In this document: positions 30,101 to 38,752 of the stretch, in pieces
How the letters are laid out: every line of letters begins with the position of its first letter
Position numbering within the stretch: the stretch's first letter is position 1
DNA from: Nitrospinaceae bacterium
GTDB taxonomy: Bacteria > Nitrospinota > Nitrospinia > Nitrospinales > VA-1
Assembly: GCA_023271875.1 (NCBI GenBank)
Contig: JALPWY010000002.1
Coordinates: 1,251-65,250, forward strand
Length of the DNA: 64,000 bases
Direction: 5' to 3'
Position numbers and translations under genes: made by a program
The notes under the pieces: generated by a model
The model's input: the letters and a program-made list of their open reading frames with translations, nothing else
What the model was told of the DNA's origin: nothing
Databases searched by the model: none

Positions 30101-30729
30101 CTTTGCCAATTTTTATTGAACTTGACGATACGATGATTACCACTATCAGTAATAAAGTAATTCCCCAGGCTATCCGTTCCTACGGATGTTGGAAACTCAA
30201 ACGCTGGGGAGGAAAAAAGGTTAGCGGAAGTTTCGTAGAAATAGGCAAGGTGTTCCTCCAGAACAGTGCCACGCTGGCCAATCCATCCAAGAGACTTTCC
30301 TTCCGGGGAAAACCATTGAAGGCGATGGTTGTAACGCTCGACCACCAAAATATTTCCGCAATCTTCGACCATAATATCGTAAGGCTCATTTAGTTCGCCT
30401 TTCCTTTCTCCGTATGACCCAAAAGTTTGTAGATGATTTCCCAGTGGATCAAATTTTTGGATTCGGTGATTCCAACTATCTGCCACGTAAATGTTTCCAT
30501 GTTTGTCTACTGCGATACCCTTGGGGTAATTGAACTGACTGCTTTCCTTGCCTTTCTCACCAAAACTTACCAATAACCGGTCACCGTCGTAAACTTGGAT
30601 ACGGTGATTGAAGTCATCGGAAAGAATCAAGTGTCCCTGAGGGGTGAAAGCAAATCCAGAAGGAGGCGATAGTTGTACCGATGATCCATGATCTGAGCGA
30701 AATGAATTATCAAAAGAGATAGGTGACAT
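27178..30729 (-). CDS. Large protein with N- and C-terminal NHL beta-propellers and a central helical/coiled-coil region
   Basis: Repeated F.YP.GIA.D..G.IYVADS.NHRIQKF units at both ends; ATG at 30729 preferred over TTG at 30804. Confidence 0.85.
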   Translation of the reverse strand: MSPISFDNSFRSDHGSSVQLSPPSGFAFTPQGHLILSDDFNHRIQVYDGDRLLVSFGEKGKESSQFNYPKGIAVDKHGNIYVADSWNHRIQKFDPLGNHLQTFGSYGERKGELNEPYDIMVEDCGNILVVERYNHRLQWFSPEGKSLGWIGQRGTVLEEHLAYFYETSANLFSSPAFEFPTSVGTDSLGNYFITDSGNHRIVKFNKNWQRILTFGERGEEIGQFQYPLCVSIGGNDLLYISDLNNNRVQIFSPFGQFLDSLEQTGDSTPLKSPCLTAIDSHGKLYVGLTFNPRVFRFSTPSHSLESIASDRVQSDSRNPEWPTLQGQIAEQSTESLRATESYAKAIQLMRSEANRDWSIKIFNANLLLNLSRIVLKEHSSSKNQTALLGGLEIFIRQLKSSREKVQKTYEAWEEVARKFSDKEFTKQLEMLEDREDPRVFNQELFDVEKQAKILFREIRAASYKHCRLSDQLAEYISNMVASQCSATLIQPACDNLVERLNELGNIFSDKLAIKEVNELEMVKAFSELQEDQSKWNIFLTNFLANNRIVLLFTPLLFELRTLLITLKCSAQASTENQKIGAVLKEVIEQPPTNQIIPKILLGIQETRFAHTIIDTLWRDLIDTWIALRGENKKPSAKKLEPDYFSPIPFDIEDLNIEEIINSYDAENAELETKSKQLIIGNSAYYVDSLPDAFAQRISQILESQTNYEAKNNELQYQLKDLHKQCRDLNQQLKRVSPQDKRTPISINNNISAVNFQISLLKRMILTLEVNEDHNINRLITGSALLATNKEVVQEPSSRSFYENLATYHSQEETHVDCIAKKIKSFSFRFSDLKNQLLNLNLEQNRENVDRSIQLENEREEIKNDLEDLKFNLLRHSRTCNRLDRLFDFLRQTNAHDKGRSIFELVPAISHSLTPMGPAIGTLAQPMGLAFDSSGNIFYVDQENHHVSRISQSGICLARFGGWGNGPGRFQYPVSLHLDRQDNVYVVDMNNQRIQKFLPDGEFLLAFGDCEEKGQRVGMVFSSSIDNEDNLWVADTTHHRIQVYNPNGKLINSVAPKDLNHPVGICCLENAEYLVADQSDDLIKRYDAGGNLLASLKRKETGFGDLYITTFSQTYGIFASDHWSSRILHLDSSLNIQGIYGNSGKRTGQFNLAGWMDTRDDLLAVADMCNNRIQFFDIKKTLSS

Positions 30730-31090
30730 GGATTCGATAACAGATTGTTTAGGGTACACGGTAGGTTCGTGAAGGGTTGAAAAAAGCCCAAACCACCAGT
30801 TCAACCAAACACAGCTTGGGCGTATTTAATCACAATTAAATTTATAAAACAAATCATATTGAAAAATGATTGTTTGGTAGATATAAACACAGAGTTGTTT
30901 CCAATAACTTATTTTATGCTGATGCTAAAGGAGGGCAGATTGTTTTAGTTTTTTATTGGAGAGTTAATAAATTTTTACCATTAGATCTGACTTGATACTA
31001 AAGTGAAACGACAAAACGTTGTGGGTGAAATTTTAAAAATATCAAATAAAACCTAGGCTTAAGTCGATAAAGATTTAAAATGGTCTATTA

Positions 31091-31434
31091 TTAGAGCCAT
31101 TAAGATAAATCTTTTTTTAAATATTTTTGAGAGAATAAATTTTTTCCTCATATAAATTTATCTGAAAAGGAAGAAGAGAAGGCCTTATTATTGAGTGACC
31201 ACCAGTCCAAATTACTTTCTTAAGATTAGTTTTATTTAGCGATCTGTATAAGGTGCTGTCAATATTAAGAAAATTACGAATATTGATGATGCATTGAAGG
31301 GGATTGTTGAGCAAGTTTTTATAGAAAAGTATAAGAATCTAATCAGAAGGAAATGAACTTCTCCAATTTTTGATGCAAGTTTCGTAGTCTCCATTAGAAA
31401 TAGAATGTGGCGTGTTGAAATGCTCCATGAACCA
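31091..31434 (-). pseudogene. Sulfotransferase 3' remnant
   Basis: Hand translation WFMEHFNTPHSISNGDYETCIKNWRSSFPSD*ILILFYKNLLNNP...RPSLL..LYEEKI..; internal stop and no 5' half. Confidence 0.65.
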
Positions 31435-31435
31435 T

Positions 31436-31882
31436 TGCTAGTTTATAAAGACCTTTATGGTCAGGTTGTTCGCACAATTCAAGGGGGCATTGGCAATAAA
31501 TTTTGACAAATAGCTCCTTTGGGACTAGTGCTCTAACTATTTTCTATCTTCTAAAACTGGTGATTATAAACGCTGTCAATGAGATGGCTCAGCTTCAGTT
31601 GTCAATTTGACCAGTTCACTCACCCGGCGTATATTTTCTGTTCTATCTTCAAGAGAAAACCCAAGGTCGGAGCATAAACCACTGCGTATGTCATCACCGT
31701 CCAAAACAAAAGTATGGCATCAAATTAAGTGTAGTTTCTCTTCCACAGCATGGGCTAATGTTGATTTGCCTGAACCGGATAATCGTGTAAACCAAAGGAC
31801 TGAGCTTTGATGATCATTTTTTTTCTTTTTGTTCCCGGTTAATTTTAGATGGGTGGTAGGTAGTCTTATTCAAATGAGCCAT
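31436..31882 (-). pseudogene. cysC: Adenylyl-sulfate kinase pseudogene (5' part)
   Basis: Hand translation [57 protein letters not shown]...LTAFI..CPLELCEQPDHKGLYK; frameshifts, an in-frame TGA and a truncated end. Confidence 0.9.
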
Positions 31883-31891
31883 GATTAAGAA

Positions 31892-32830
31892 TCAGGACTT
31901 GATGATTAGAGGGTCAATTTTACTGTCAGGTACGGTACGGGAACTTTGTATTCGGAAGCGGCGGAAAAGCATAGGGAGAAGCATTGTTAATGCATCTAAT
32001 TTGCTTTTGAATAAGACAATGCCTTGTCCACGGTACGTAAAATATTTAATGTCATTGAACTGATGTTTCAAAATAGTCCATAGGTATCGGAAATACATTC
32101 GCAAAGAATAATTTCGGATTAGAACGAATATATCATTGCGTTTACAAAGATAAATGTAACGATCGCTATACAGTCCTACGGTGGCAGTTCCTATATGGTA
32201 TACCTTGGCCTCAGGAAGATAAATGCACTTAAATCCTTGTAGTTGCCCGCGCATATTTATGTCTACATCTTCTGCGAAAATAAAGAAGTCTTCGTCAAAA
32301 ATACCCACTTGTTCAAAGAAGTCACGTCTATAGATTCCAGCACCAGCGCAAGCGCCAAAAACGTAATCTTCTCTATCGTATTGGCCGGCGTCTTTTTCTC
32401 CTTGCCCGCGCCCACCGCCTGCTGACCATGCATGAAATAGATCACCGGTGTTGTAGAACACATCCCGCTGGTCAAGAAACATCATTTTTGTGGTACCCAT
32501 ACCACATTCCGGGTGGCGTTCCATGCCCTCGTAAAGCTTAGACAGCCAACTAGATTCTACCTCGATATCGTTATTAAGAAGGCTGATGTAAGTTCCTGTT
32601 GCGGCCTTAATGCCCTGATTACATGCTACTGCGAACCCCATGTTTTCCCGATTTTTGATTAGGCGAACCTGTGGGTACTTCTCTTCAATCATTTCACGTG
32701 ATCCGTCGACTGACCCATTGTCGATTACGATCACTTCATAACTATCGAAGTCGGATTGGGCCAGAGAGTCTAAGCACATACCGATAAATTTTATTCCGTT
32801 CCAGTTTGGGACAATAACGCTGATTTTCAA
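31892..32830 (-). CDS. Glycosyltransferase family 2 (WbbL-like)
   Basis: VPNWNG, DNGSVDGS, N.GFA.ACNQG, LNND, FDEDFF.FAEDVD. Confidence 0.92.
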   Translation of the reverse strand: MKISVIVPNWNGIKFIGMCLDSLAQSDFDSYEVIVIDNGSVDGSREMIEEKYPQVRLIKNRENMGFAVACNQGIKAATGTYISLLNNDIEVESSWLSKLYEGMERHPECGMGTTKMMFLDQRDVFYNTGDLFHAWSAGGGRGQGEKDAGQYDREDYVFGACAGAGIYRRDFFEQVGIFDEDFFIFAEDVDINMRGQLQGFKCIYLPEAKVYHIGTATVGLYSDRYIYLCKRNDIFVLIRNYSLRMYFRYLWTILKHQFNDIKYFTYRGQGIVLFKSKLDALTMLLPMLFRRFRIQSSRTVPDSKIDPLIIKS

Positions 32831-32910
32831 GGTAAGGCTCTCTTTAATTAATCAGTTAAAAAAATATGCTGGCATTATAGCTTTATCGGCGAATAAGATA
32901 AAATTCTAAA

Positions 32911-35307
32911 TTAACTGAGCATCTGGTGTTTCGTATTTTCGATGTCTGCGAGTAATTTTTTAGCCGCAACATGATCAGAGGCTAATAGTAGACAATTACG
33001 CAAGAACTGTTCTCTTTGCTGATCAGATGCTAGACGAGCTAGACGAAACCAAGCATTAGCTTGGATATGAGGGTAGTTTTGTTTGTTCGAAACTATCTGC
33101 TCGAAGTTTTCGATAGCAGAATTCAAACGTCCTGCTCGTTCGAGGGCAGATGCTAGAGCGTAGCGCAGAAGCCCATTTTTTGGATCGCTTTTCAGGAACT
33201 CGTTTATCGTTTTATGTTCGTCACGATGTTGACGTTCGAGACGTGCTAATTCTGTTATGAGGCGAGTCTGTACCCATTCTCGATCTTTTTTTATTGTTAT
33301 CATTTTAGTTTCGTTATGTAAGCTTTTTAATCGAGAAGTATCATGTAACTGGCTCAAGGCTTGGATTGTCCATTCCCAGCAATCAATTCTTTCTGGAAAC
33401 TCTGTCCGTACAGAGTTTAACAATTCAGTAGTGTCCCTATAGCGCCTCTCTTCAAGGTTGATTTTTGCAAGTAGATAGGCAACATCAGTATTGTATGCAA
33501 AACGTTTGATTTCTTCCTTGACAAGTTTCTTGGCCTCATCAAGACGTTTTTGTTGGATTCGTTGTAATGCTAGCCAAAGCCTGTTTTTAGGAAGGTAAGG
33601 AGCCAATTCAAGGGTTTTCTCGTAACAGCAAGCCGCGTCATTAGTTTTATTGAGTAGGGCGTAACTTTCTCCCATGTAAGCCCAGCCACCTATATCTTGG
33701 GGGTTTAACCGTAGTAGCTTTTTACACTCTGACATAGCCGTGTTTATTCGTCCTTTATCGAAATCCTCACGATTAATGTTAGGGGCGTGCCGTTTTTTTT
33801 CGGTCAGAAATTCCATGATTTTCATTTTTTCTAAAAATGGGAGGTTTCTTGGATCAGTTGAGATAGAGGTTATTGCTTCTAATCTATAGACCGGAAAGCG
33901 GACCAAAACCACCTTGATTAATTTATAACGTAGACCGGTCACCTGTTCGAGTACATTTATATCGAGATCTTGAAAAGCTTTGATCAAATAAACGGGTCTG
34001 TGTTCCAAAAGTCCGCTTATCACGGAATCAAAAAACCCTTCAAGAGACGGGCTATCCCAGGGGCCAATAGAGTAATGAAGATAGTTGTCTGAGGCAGGGA
34101 CCCCTGTTAGATGATAGATTTGAGAAAATGTTCCCCAAACATAGATTCGCTCGTTGGATTCACCACGCATTCGTATCAGTCGCTTCAACTGATTACAGAG
34201 ATGAGGTAAGTAGAGGTATTGGTCGAATTTTTCGTAGCGGACAAGAGTGTTGGGGTGAAGTGGGAGGAAATAATAAGGCGCGAGTGATTCTAGGTTCCAA
34301 GCAAGAGAGACAACAAATAATGCTAACCAAAGCCATGTGATAAAACCAGTTGAACTTAAAATCCAATTTACTCCTAGTCCAGAGCCAATAGATAATAAGG
34401 CAATCAATGGCAAGTAGTGATAGCGTGAAAAAGTTCGCTGAACGATCATCATAGCTATCGTTACTCCGGTAAAGGCAAGTAAAAAAGGATGACTGTTAGA
34501 AGTGATGGTGAGGACTAGGGCAGGAAGACCAGCAACCCAAACTGGAAGCGTTTGCTTGATGATTAGGTAAACTTCCCGCAAGATACTACAGTACATCTTT
34601 TTGGTTTTTACCAGGCGTAAAGTAGTGGCCAACCGAGTTCCATTTTGTTTTCGTGAGATTACATCCATATACCCAAGCTGCCAATCAGTCAGACTTGATA
34701 TAAACGTGGGGATCGCTGCTCCCAACCCCATAATCAGAGCAGGTTTAATGCCGTAGGCGATAACTGTTGGTAACATCATGGTGGGAACAAAAATTAGAGT
34801 GGTAACTTTTGCCAGAGATGCCAGCCCAAAACATAGTCCCGCAAGTAAAATATTTTCTGGTCCGGACTCTGCAAATGCAAGACCCATGATAATGAAAGGT
34901 ATATAGAACTGCTCAAAGTTAAAGGAACCAGCAATAAGGTCAGGACTTGTTCCATAAAATGCATAAAGTAGACCTGCCATAAGGGCAGCTACTGGGCTTT
35001 GTGTAAATGACCAGGTGACGTAATATACGACTCCAGCAGATAACATATGGAAGGCCGTTTGAAATTTACGTAAACGGCGGATGCCCCCTTCCGGATTACC
35101 GTAGAGCAAGTCGAGGAGAGGCATTTTCCAGAATGGATTTCCAATAAGCTGAACGTCTTTTTTCCATTTAAAACCGCGCTTGGCAAACCGAGCTCGATAG
35201 GTGTAAATTGCAAAATCATCATCTATGGGGAAATTTGTGAATGGCAACCGACAAGACAGAGCTGTTAAAAGTACCGTAAGGGGGAATAAAAATGTATGAT
35301 ATTCCAT
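32911..35307 (-). CDS. GT-C fold membrane glycosyltransferase-like protein with C-terminal TPR domain
   Basis: Multiple TM helices with first-loop PIDDD motif, HYLP motif, IYVWG..IY domain and TPR helices. Confidence 0.7.
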   Translation of the reverse strand: MEYHTFLFPLTVLLTALSCRLPFTNFPIDDDFAIYTYRARFAKRGFKWKKDVQLIGNPFWKMPLLDLLYGNPEGGIRRLRKFQTAFHMLSAGVVYYVTWSFTQSPVAALMAGLLYAFYGTSPDLIAGSFNFEQFYIPFIIMGLAFAESGPENILLAGLCFGLASLAKVTTLIFVPTMMLPTVIAYGIKPALIMGLGAAIPTFISSLTDWQLGYMDVISRKQNGTRLATTLRLVKTKKMYCSILREVYLIIKQTLPVWVAGLPALVLTITSNSHPFLLAFTGVTIAMMIVQRTFSRYHYLPLIALLSIGSGLGVNWILSSTGFITWLWLALFVVSLAWNLESLAPYYFLPLHPNTLVRYEKFDQYLYLPHLCNQLKRLIRMRGESNERIYVWGTFSQIYHLTGVPASDNYLHYSIGPWDSPSLEGFFDSVISGLLEHRPVYLIKAFQDLDINVLEQVTGLRYKLIKVVLVRFPVYRLEAITSISTDPRNLPFLEKMKIMEFLTEKKRHAPNINREDFDKGRINTAMSECKKLLRLNPQDIGGWAYMGESYALLNKTNDAACCYEKTLELAPYLPKNRLWLALQRIQQKRLDEAKKLVKEEIKRFAYNTDVAYLLAKINLEERRYRDTTELLNSVRTEFPERIDCWEWTIQALSQLHDTSRLKSLHNETKMITIKKDREWVQTRLITELARLERQHRDEHKTINEFLKSDPKNGLLRYALASALERAGRLNSAIENFEQIVSNKQNYPHIQANAWFRLARLASDQQREQFLRNCLLLASDHVAAKKLLADIENTKHQMLS

Positions 35308-35632
35308 AAGGGTTATTTTTCAACCTAGATAGTTAGGCAGGATAATTTTTTCTGAGACTTAAGATTTTTGTTACGCCACCTGCAATTATTTCAATGCGCT
35401 TTCTTAAGTTGCTAGTCAGTTTGTAAACTTTAGTTGCGCTCACGAGAGAGTGACCTTTGCTAAGCCCCCCTAATGTTTTATCTCATTAAGATACTATCGG
35501 TTATTCTAATGCATTAAGTTAGATCGCAGGAGGGTTTTCATAGTTCTATGAGTTTGTTAGAGGATAGCTTGTTTTCAGCGAGTTTATTCGAGAAAATAAG
35601 TTGAGTAGGGAAATAGCATTAAGGAGATTTAA

Positions 35633-36734
35633 ATGACTCTGGATGATTTAAGGAAAAAATATCAAGATCAAAACAGGCGGATAGATCGGCTTAGGGGGTA
35701 TCTTTGACGTCGTCAATAAACTAAAAGAAATTGAAGATTTAGATAAAAAAACCACGCAGACAGATTTTTGGGAAGACAACGAGTCTGCTCAAAAAATTCT
35801 CCAAAAACGTTCTGCTTGTCAACGAATTGTCGAGTCGTGGGAGAATCTCCATAAAGATGATCAAAATAACAGCGCCCTTTTGGAATTGGCTGAAGAGGCG
35901 CAAGATGAATCGCTGCTGAATGAAATGGAAAGTACGGTCAACGAGTTGGAAATCAAGTTGGCAAGTGCCGAGGTTAAAGCCATTCTCTCAGGAGAGAGTG
36001 ATTTTAACAATGCTATTGTATCAATTAATTCAGGTGCTGGGGGAACAGAATCTCAAGACTGGGCGCAAATGCTGTTAAGAATGTATACACGTTGGGGTGA
36101 GCGGAACGGATACGAAACAGAAGTTTTGGATATTCAGTACGGAGAAGAAGCAGGAATCAAAAGTGCTACCGTTATATTTTCAGGAGATTACGCTTTCGGT
36201 TATCTGAAGGCGGAAATTGGGGTGCATCGATTAGTGCGAATTTCTCCTTATGATGCGAACAAAAGAAGGCACACATCTTTTGCGTCGGTCTTTGTTTTCT
36301 CCGAAGTGGATGAAAGTGTGGAGGTTGAGGTGAAAGATGAAGATTTGAAGGTTGATGTATACCGCGCATCTGGTCCTGGGGGACAGGGGGTAAACACAAC
36401 CGACTCTGCCGTGAGACTCACCCATATTCCTACAGGTATAGTAGTGCAGTGTCAGAACGAAAGATCTCAACATAAGAACAGGTCTTCCGCGATGAGAGTT
36501 CTTAAGGCCCGGATTTTTGAAGCAGAACAAGAAAAGCTTAACGCCGAAAAAAAAGAGCAGGAGCAGTCAAAAAAGAAAATTGAATGGGGAAGTCAAATTC
36601 GTTCATATGTCCTTCAGCCCTATCGTCTAGTTAAAGATCTTCGGACAAACCATGAAATGGGAAACGTCGATGCAGTTCTAGATGGTGATATTGGTTCTTT
36701 CATAGAAGCTTATTTGCTTACAAATAATAACTAA
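35633..36734 (+). CDS. prfB: Peptide chain release factor 2 (programmed +1 frameshift)
   Basis: ORF0 from ATG 35633 ends ...RGYL-TGA; the +1 frame continues DVVNKL..FWED; GGTESQDW, SPY and GGQ motifs. Confidence 0.97.
35693..35708 (+). promoter_or_regulatory. RF2 programmed frameshift cassette
   Basis: AGGGGG-TAT-CTT-TGA-C, the canonical internal SD, slippery codon and weak stop. Confidence 0.97.
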
Positions 36735-36751
36735 ACCTCGACATTATCTAT

Positions 36752-37429
36752 ATGGGAGACAACCAACTTCATTTGCATGGCCATGGATACATGGAGAAAC
36801 TTTTAAAGGCGGAGTCCTCAGGTCGTCTTTTACGATTAATGCAATTTATTGAAATTAAAAAGAGTTATAGGGTAGCAGACTTCGCCTGTGGTAATGCCCC
36901 AATGTTAGATCTTTTAGACCAAAAGGTTGAAAACTATTCTGGTGTTGATTTTTCGCCGCCTGCTATAAATAATGCGGAAGCTAGAAAAAATAAGCTGGCA
37001 TCAAAAAATTCCCATTTTTATTGTGGATCAATTCAGTCTTTTTGCAACGAGAACATTGGAAAATTTGATGTAGGGTTTGCATTTGATTTAAGTGAACATG
37101 TTTACGATAAGGAATGGGTTCAAATGTTGTTGTCCATTAAATCTTCTTTGAAAAAAGGGGGAAAACTTTATATCCATACTCCCAACGGTAAATTTTTTCT
37201 AGAAATCATGAAAAGTTTTAATTTTATTTTTAAACAGTTCTCAGAGCATATTGCGGTTAGGAACGTTGAGGAAAATATAATTCTTTTAGAAAGATCAGGA
37301 TTTAAAATTAAAAAGATAGTTTTTTTGTCTCACTATAATATTTTGAAGTTTATTCATGTGTTTTCCTATATACCTTGGATCGGAAAATATTTTCAAGCAA
37401 GACTTTTTATAATTGCCGAAAGTTTATAA
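36752..37429 (+). CDS. Class I SAM-dependent methyltransferase
   Basis: DFACGN, GVDFS, SEH, LKKGG.L.I.TPN. Confidence 0.85.
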   Translation: MGDNQLHLHGHGYMEKLLKAESSGRLLRLMQFIEIKKSYRVADFACGNAPMLDLLDQKVENYSGVDFSPPAINNAEARKNKLASKNSHFYCGSIQSFCNENIGKFDVGFAFDLSEHVYDKEWVQMLLSIKSSLKKGGKLYIHTPNGKFFLEIMKSFNFIFKQFSEHIAVRNVEENIILLERSGFKIKKIVFLSHYNILKFIHVFSYIPWIGKYFQARLFIIAESL

Positions 37430-37610
37430 TTTTAATATGAGGGTTGGCATGGTTTTATTATGAACTTTCCTTCCTCCCGCACACTTTTTTCCCCTGATTT
37501 TTTTTCGATATAAGTGTAGATTGAGAGCATATAATTTTAAATTATTGACAAATAACTAGATAAATTAGTTTTTTTTTGTGTTAACCAAACTTTGATTATC
37601 GTCATTAGCG

Positions 37611-38609
37611 ATGAACTCAGACTTTTCACCCAAACTCATTAACAATCCACTTGGTGATCCTGGAATGATGGTGGAGTTTCTTCGCGAACAAAGGGCTTTG
37701 CAGTTTGATCTAGGAGACCTATCTTCGATTGCAAATGGTGAACTATTAAAGATATCCCACGTCTTCATCAGTCATACACATATTGATCACTTTATTGGAT
37801 TTGATCATTTGCTCAGGGTAATTTTTGGGCGAGGGAAGACAATTCATTTGTACGGCCCAGAAAACTTTATCACTAATGTTGCCGGAAAACTTGCTGGATT
37901 TACATGGAACTTAGCCGATCGTTACAGCGAGTCGGTGACTATGGAGGTCACAGAGGTTCATGCAGATCGTCTGATCAAGGCAAAATTCAAAGCTATTGAT
38001 CGGTTTAGAAAAAGTGATGAAAGGGAAGAACCTTTTATAGACGGTGTTTTGGTTGACGAGGGTGGATTCACTGTTCGTGCGGCTATTCTAGAACACCGTA
38101 TCCCATGCCTAGGGTTCGCTTTGAATGAAAAATATCATTTTAATATTCGTAAGGACCGGCTTGAAGAAATGGGCTATCCACCCGGTTCATGGCTTAACGA
38201 ACTTAAAAAATGTATCTATGAAGGGAAGCCAGATGAATACCTTCTTCAAATTCCTGCAGGCAAAAATAGAAGTCAACAAAAATCTTTAGGGCATTTGAAA
38301 AAAGAGCTGGTGTTGATTTCTCCTGGTCAGAAAATTTCCTATGTTGTAGATACGGTTTATAATGAAGCGAACAAGACTCGTATTGTAGATTTGGTGCGGG
38401 AATCAGACATCTTTTTTTGCGAATCACCATTTCTTGCTGAAGAAGAGGCTCGGGGATTGGAACGTCATCACCTAACTTCCCGCCAAGCCGGGATTATAGC
38501 CCGTGAAGCGGGTGTTAAAAAACTAAATGTGTTTCATTTTTCTGGTCGGCACACCTTTCGCACGGAGCAACTAGTTCAGGAGGCCGAGGAAGCTTTTCGA
38601 AAAAAATGA
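37611..38609 (+). CDS. Ribonuclease Z-like MBL-fold hydrolase
   Basis: SHTHIDH, HRIPCLGF, YVVDT, HLT, HFS.R. Confidence 0.85.
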   Translation: MNSDFSPKLINNPLGDPGMMVEFLREQRALQFDLGDLSSIANGELLKISHVFISHTHIDHFIGFDHLLRVIFGRGKTIHLYGPENFITNVAGKLAGFTWNLADRYSESVTMEVTEVHADRLIKAKFKAIDRFRKSDEREEPFIDGVLVDEGGFTVRAAILEHRIPCLGFALNEKYHFNIRKDRLEEMGYPPGSWLNELKKCIYEGKPDEYLLQIPAGKNRSQQKSLGHLKKELVLISPGQKISYVVDTVYNEANKTRIVDLVRESDIFFCESPFLAEEEARGLERHHLTSRQAGIIAREAGVKKLNVFHFSGRHTFRTEQLVQEAEEAFRKK

Positions 38610-38752
38610 GCTTAGAAAATAAAAAGAATTGCCTAGGGTTCTTTATTGTTTTAGAAACGGATGTTTTATCCGTTAAATTTTTATGCATGTAAAACTAGTT
38701 GATTTTTCCATTCCAATTTTGTCATATCCAACTATCTTACAACTAATGCTCC

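Noticed and set aside
31117-31314. 65-aa ORF as a standalone gene
   Set aside because: It is the post-stop fragment of the sulfotransferase remnant.
31720-31722. In-frame TGA in cysC as selenocysteine
   Set aside because: The position is normally Gly rather than Cys, and the gene has several other lesions.
31607-31810. 67-aa plus-strand ORF
   Set aside because: It is the antisense shadow of the cysC pseudogene on the minus strand.
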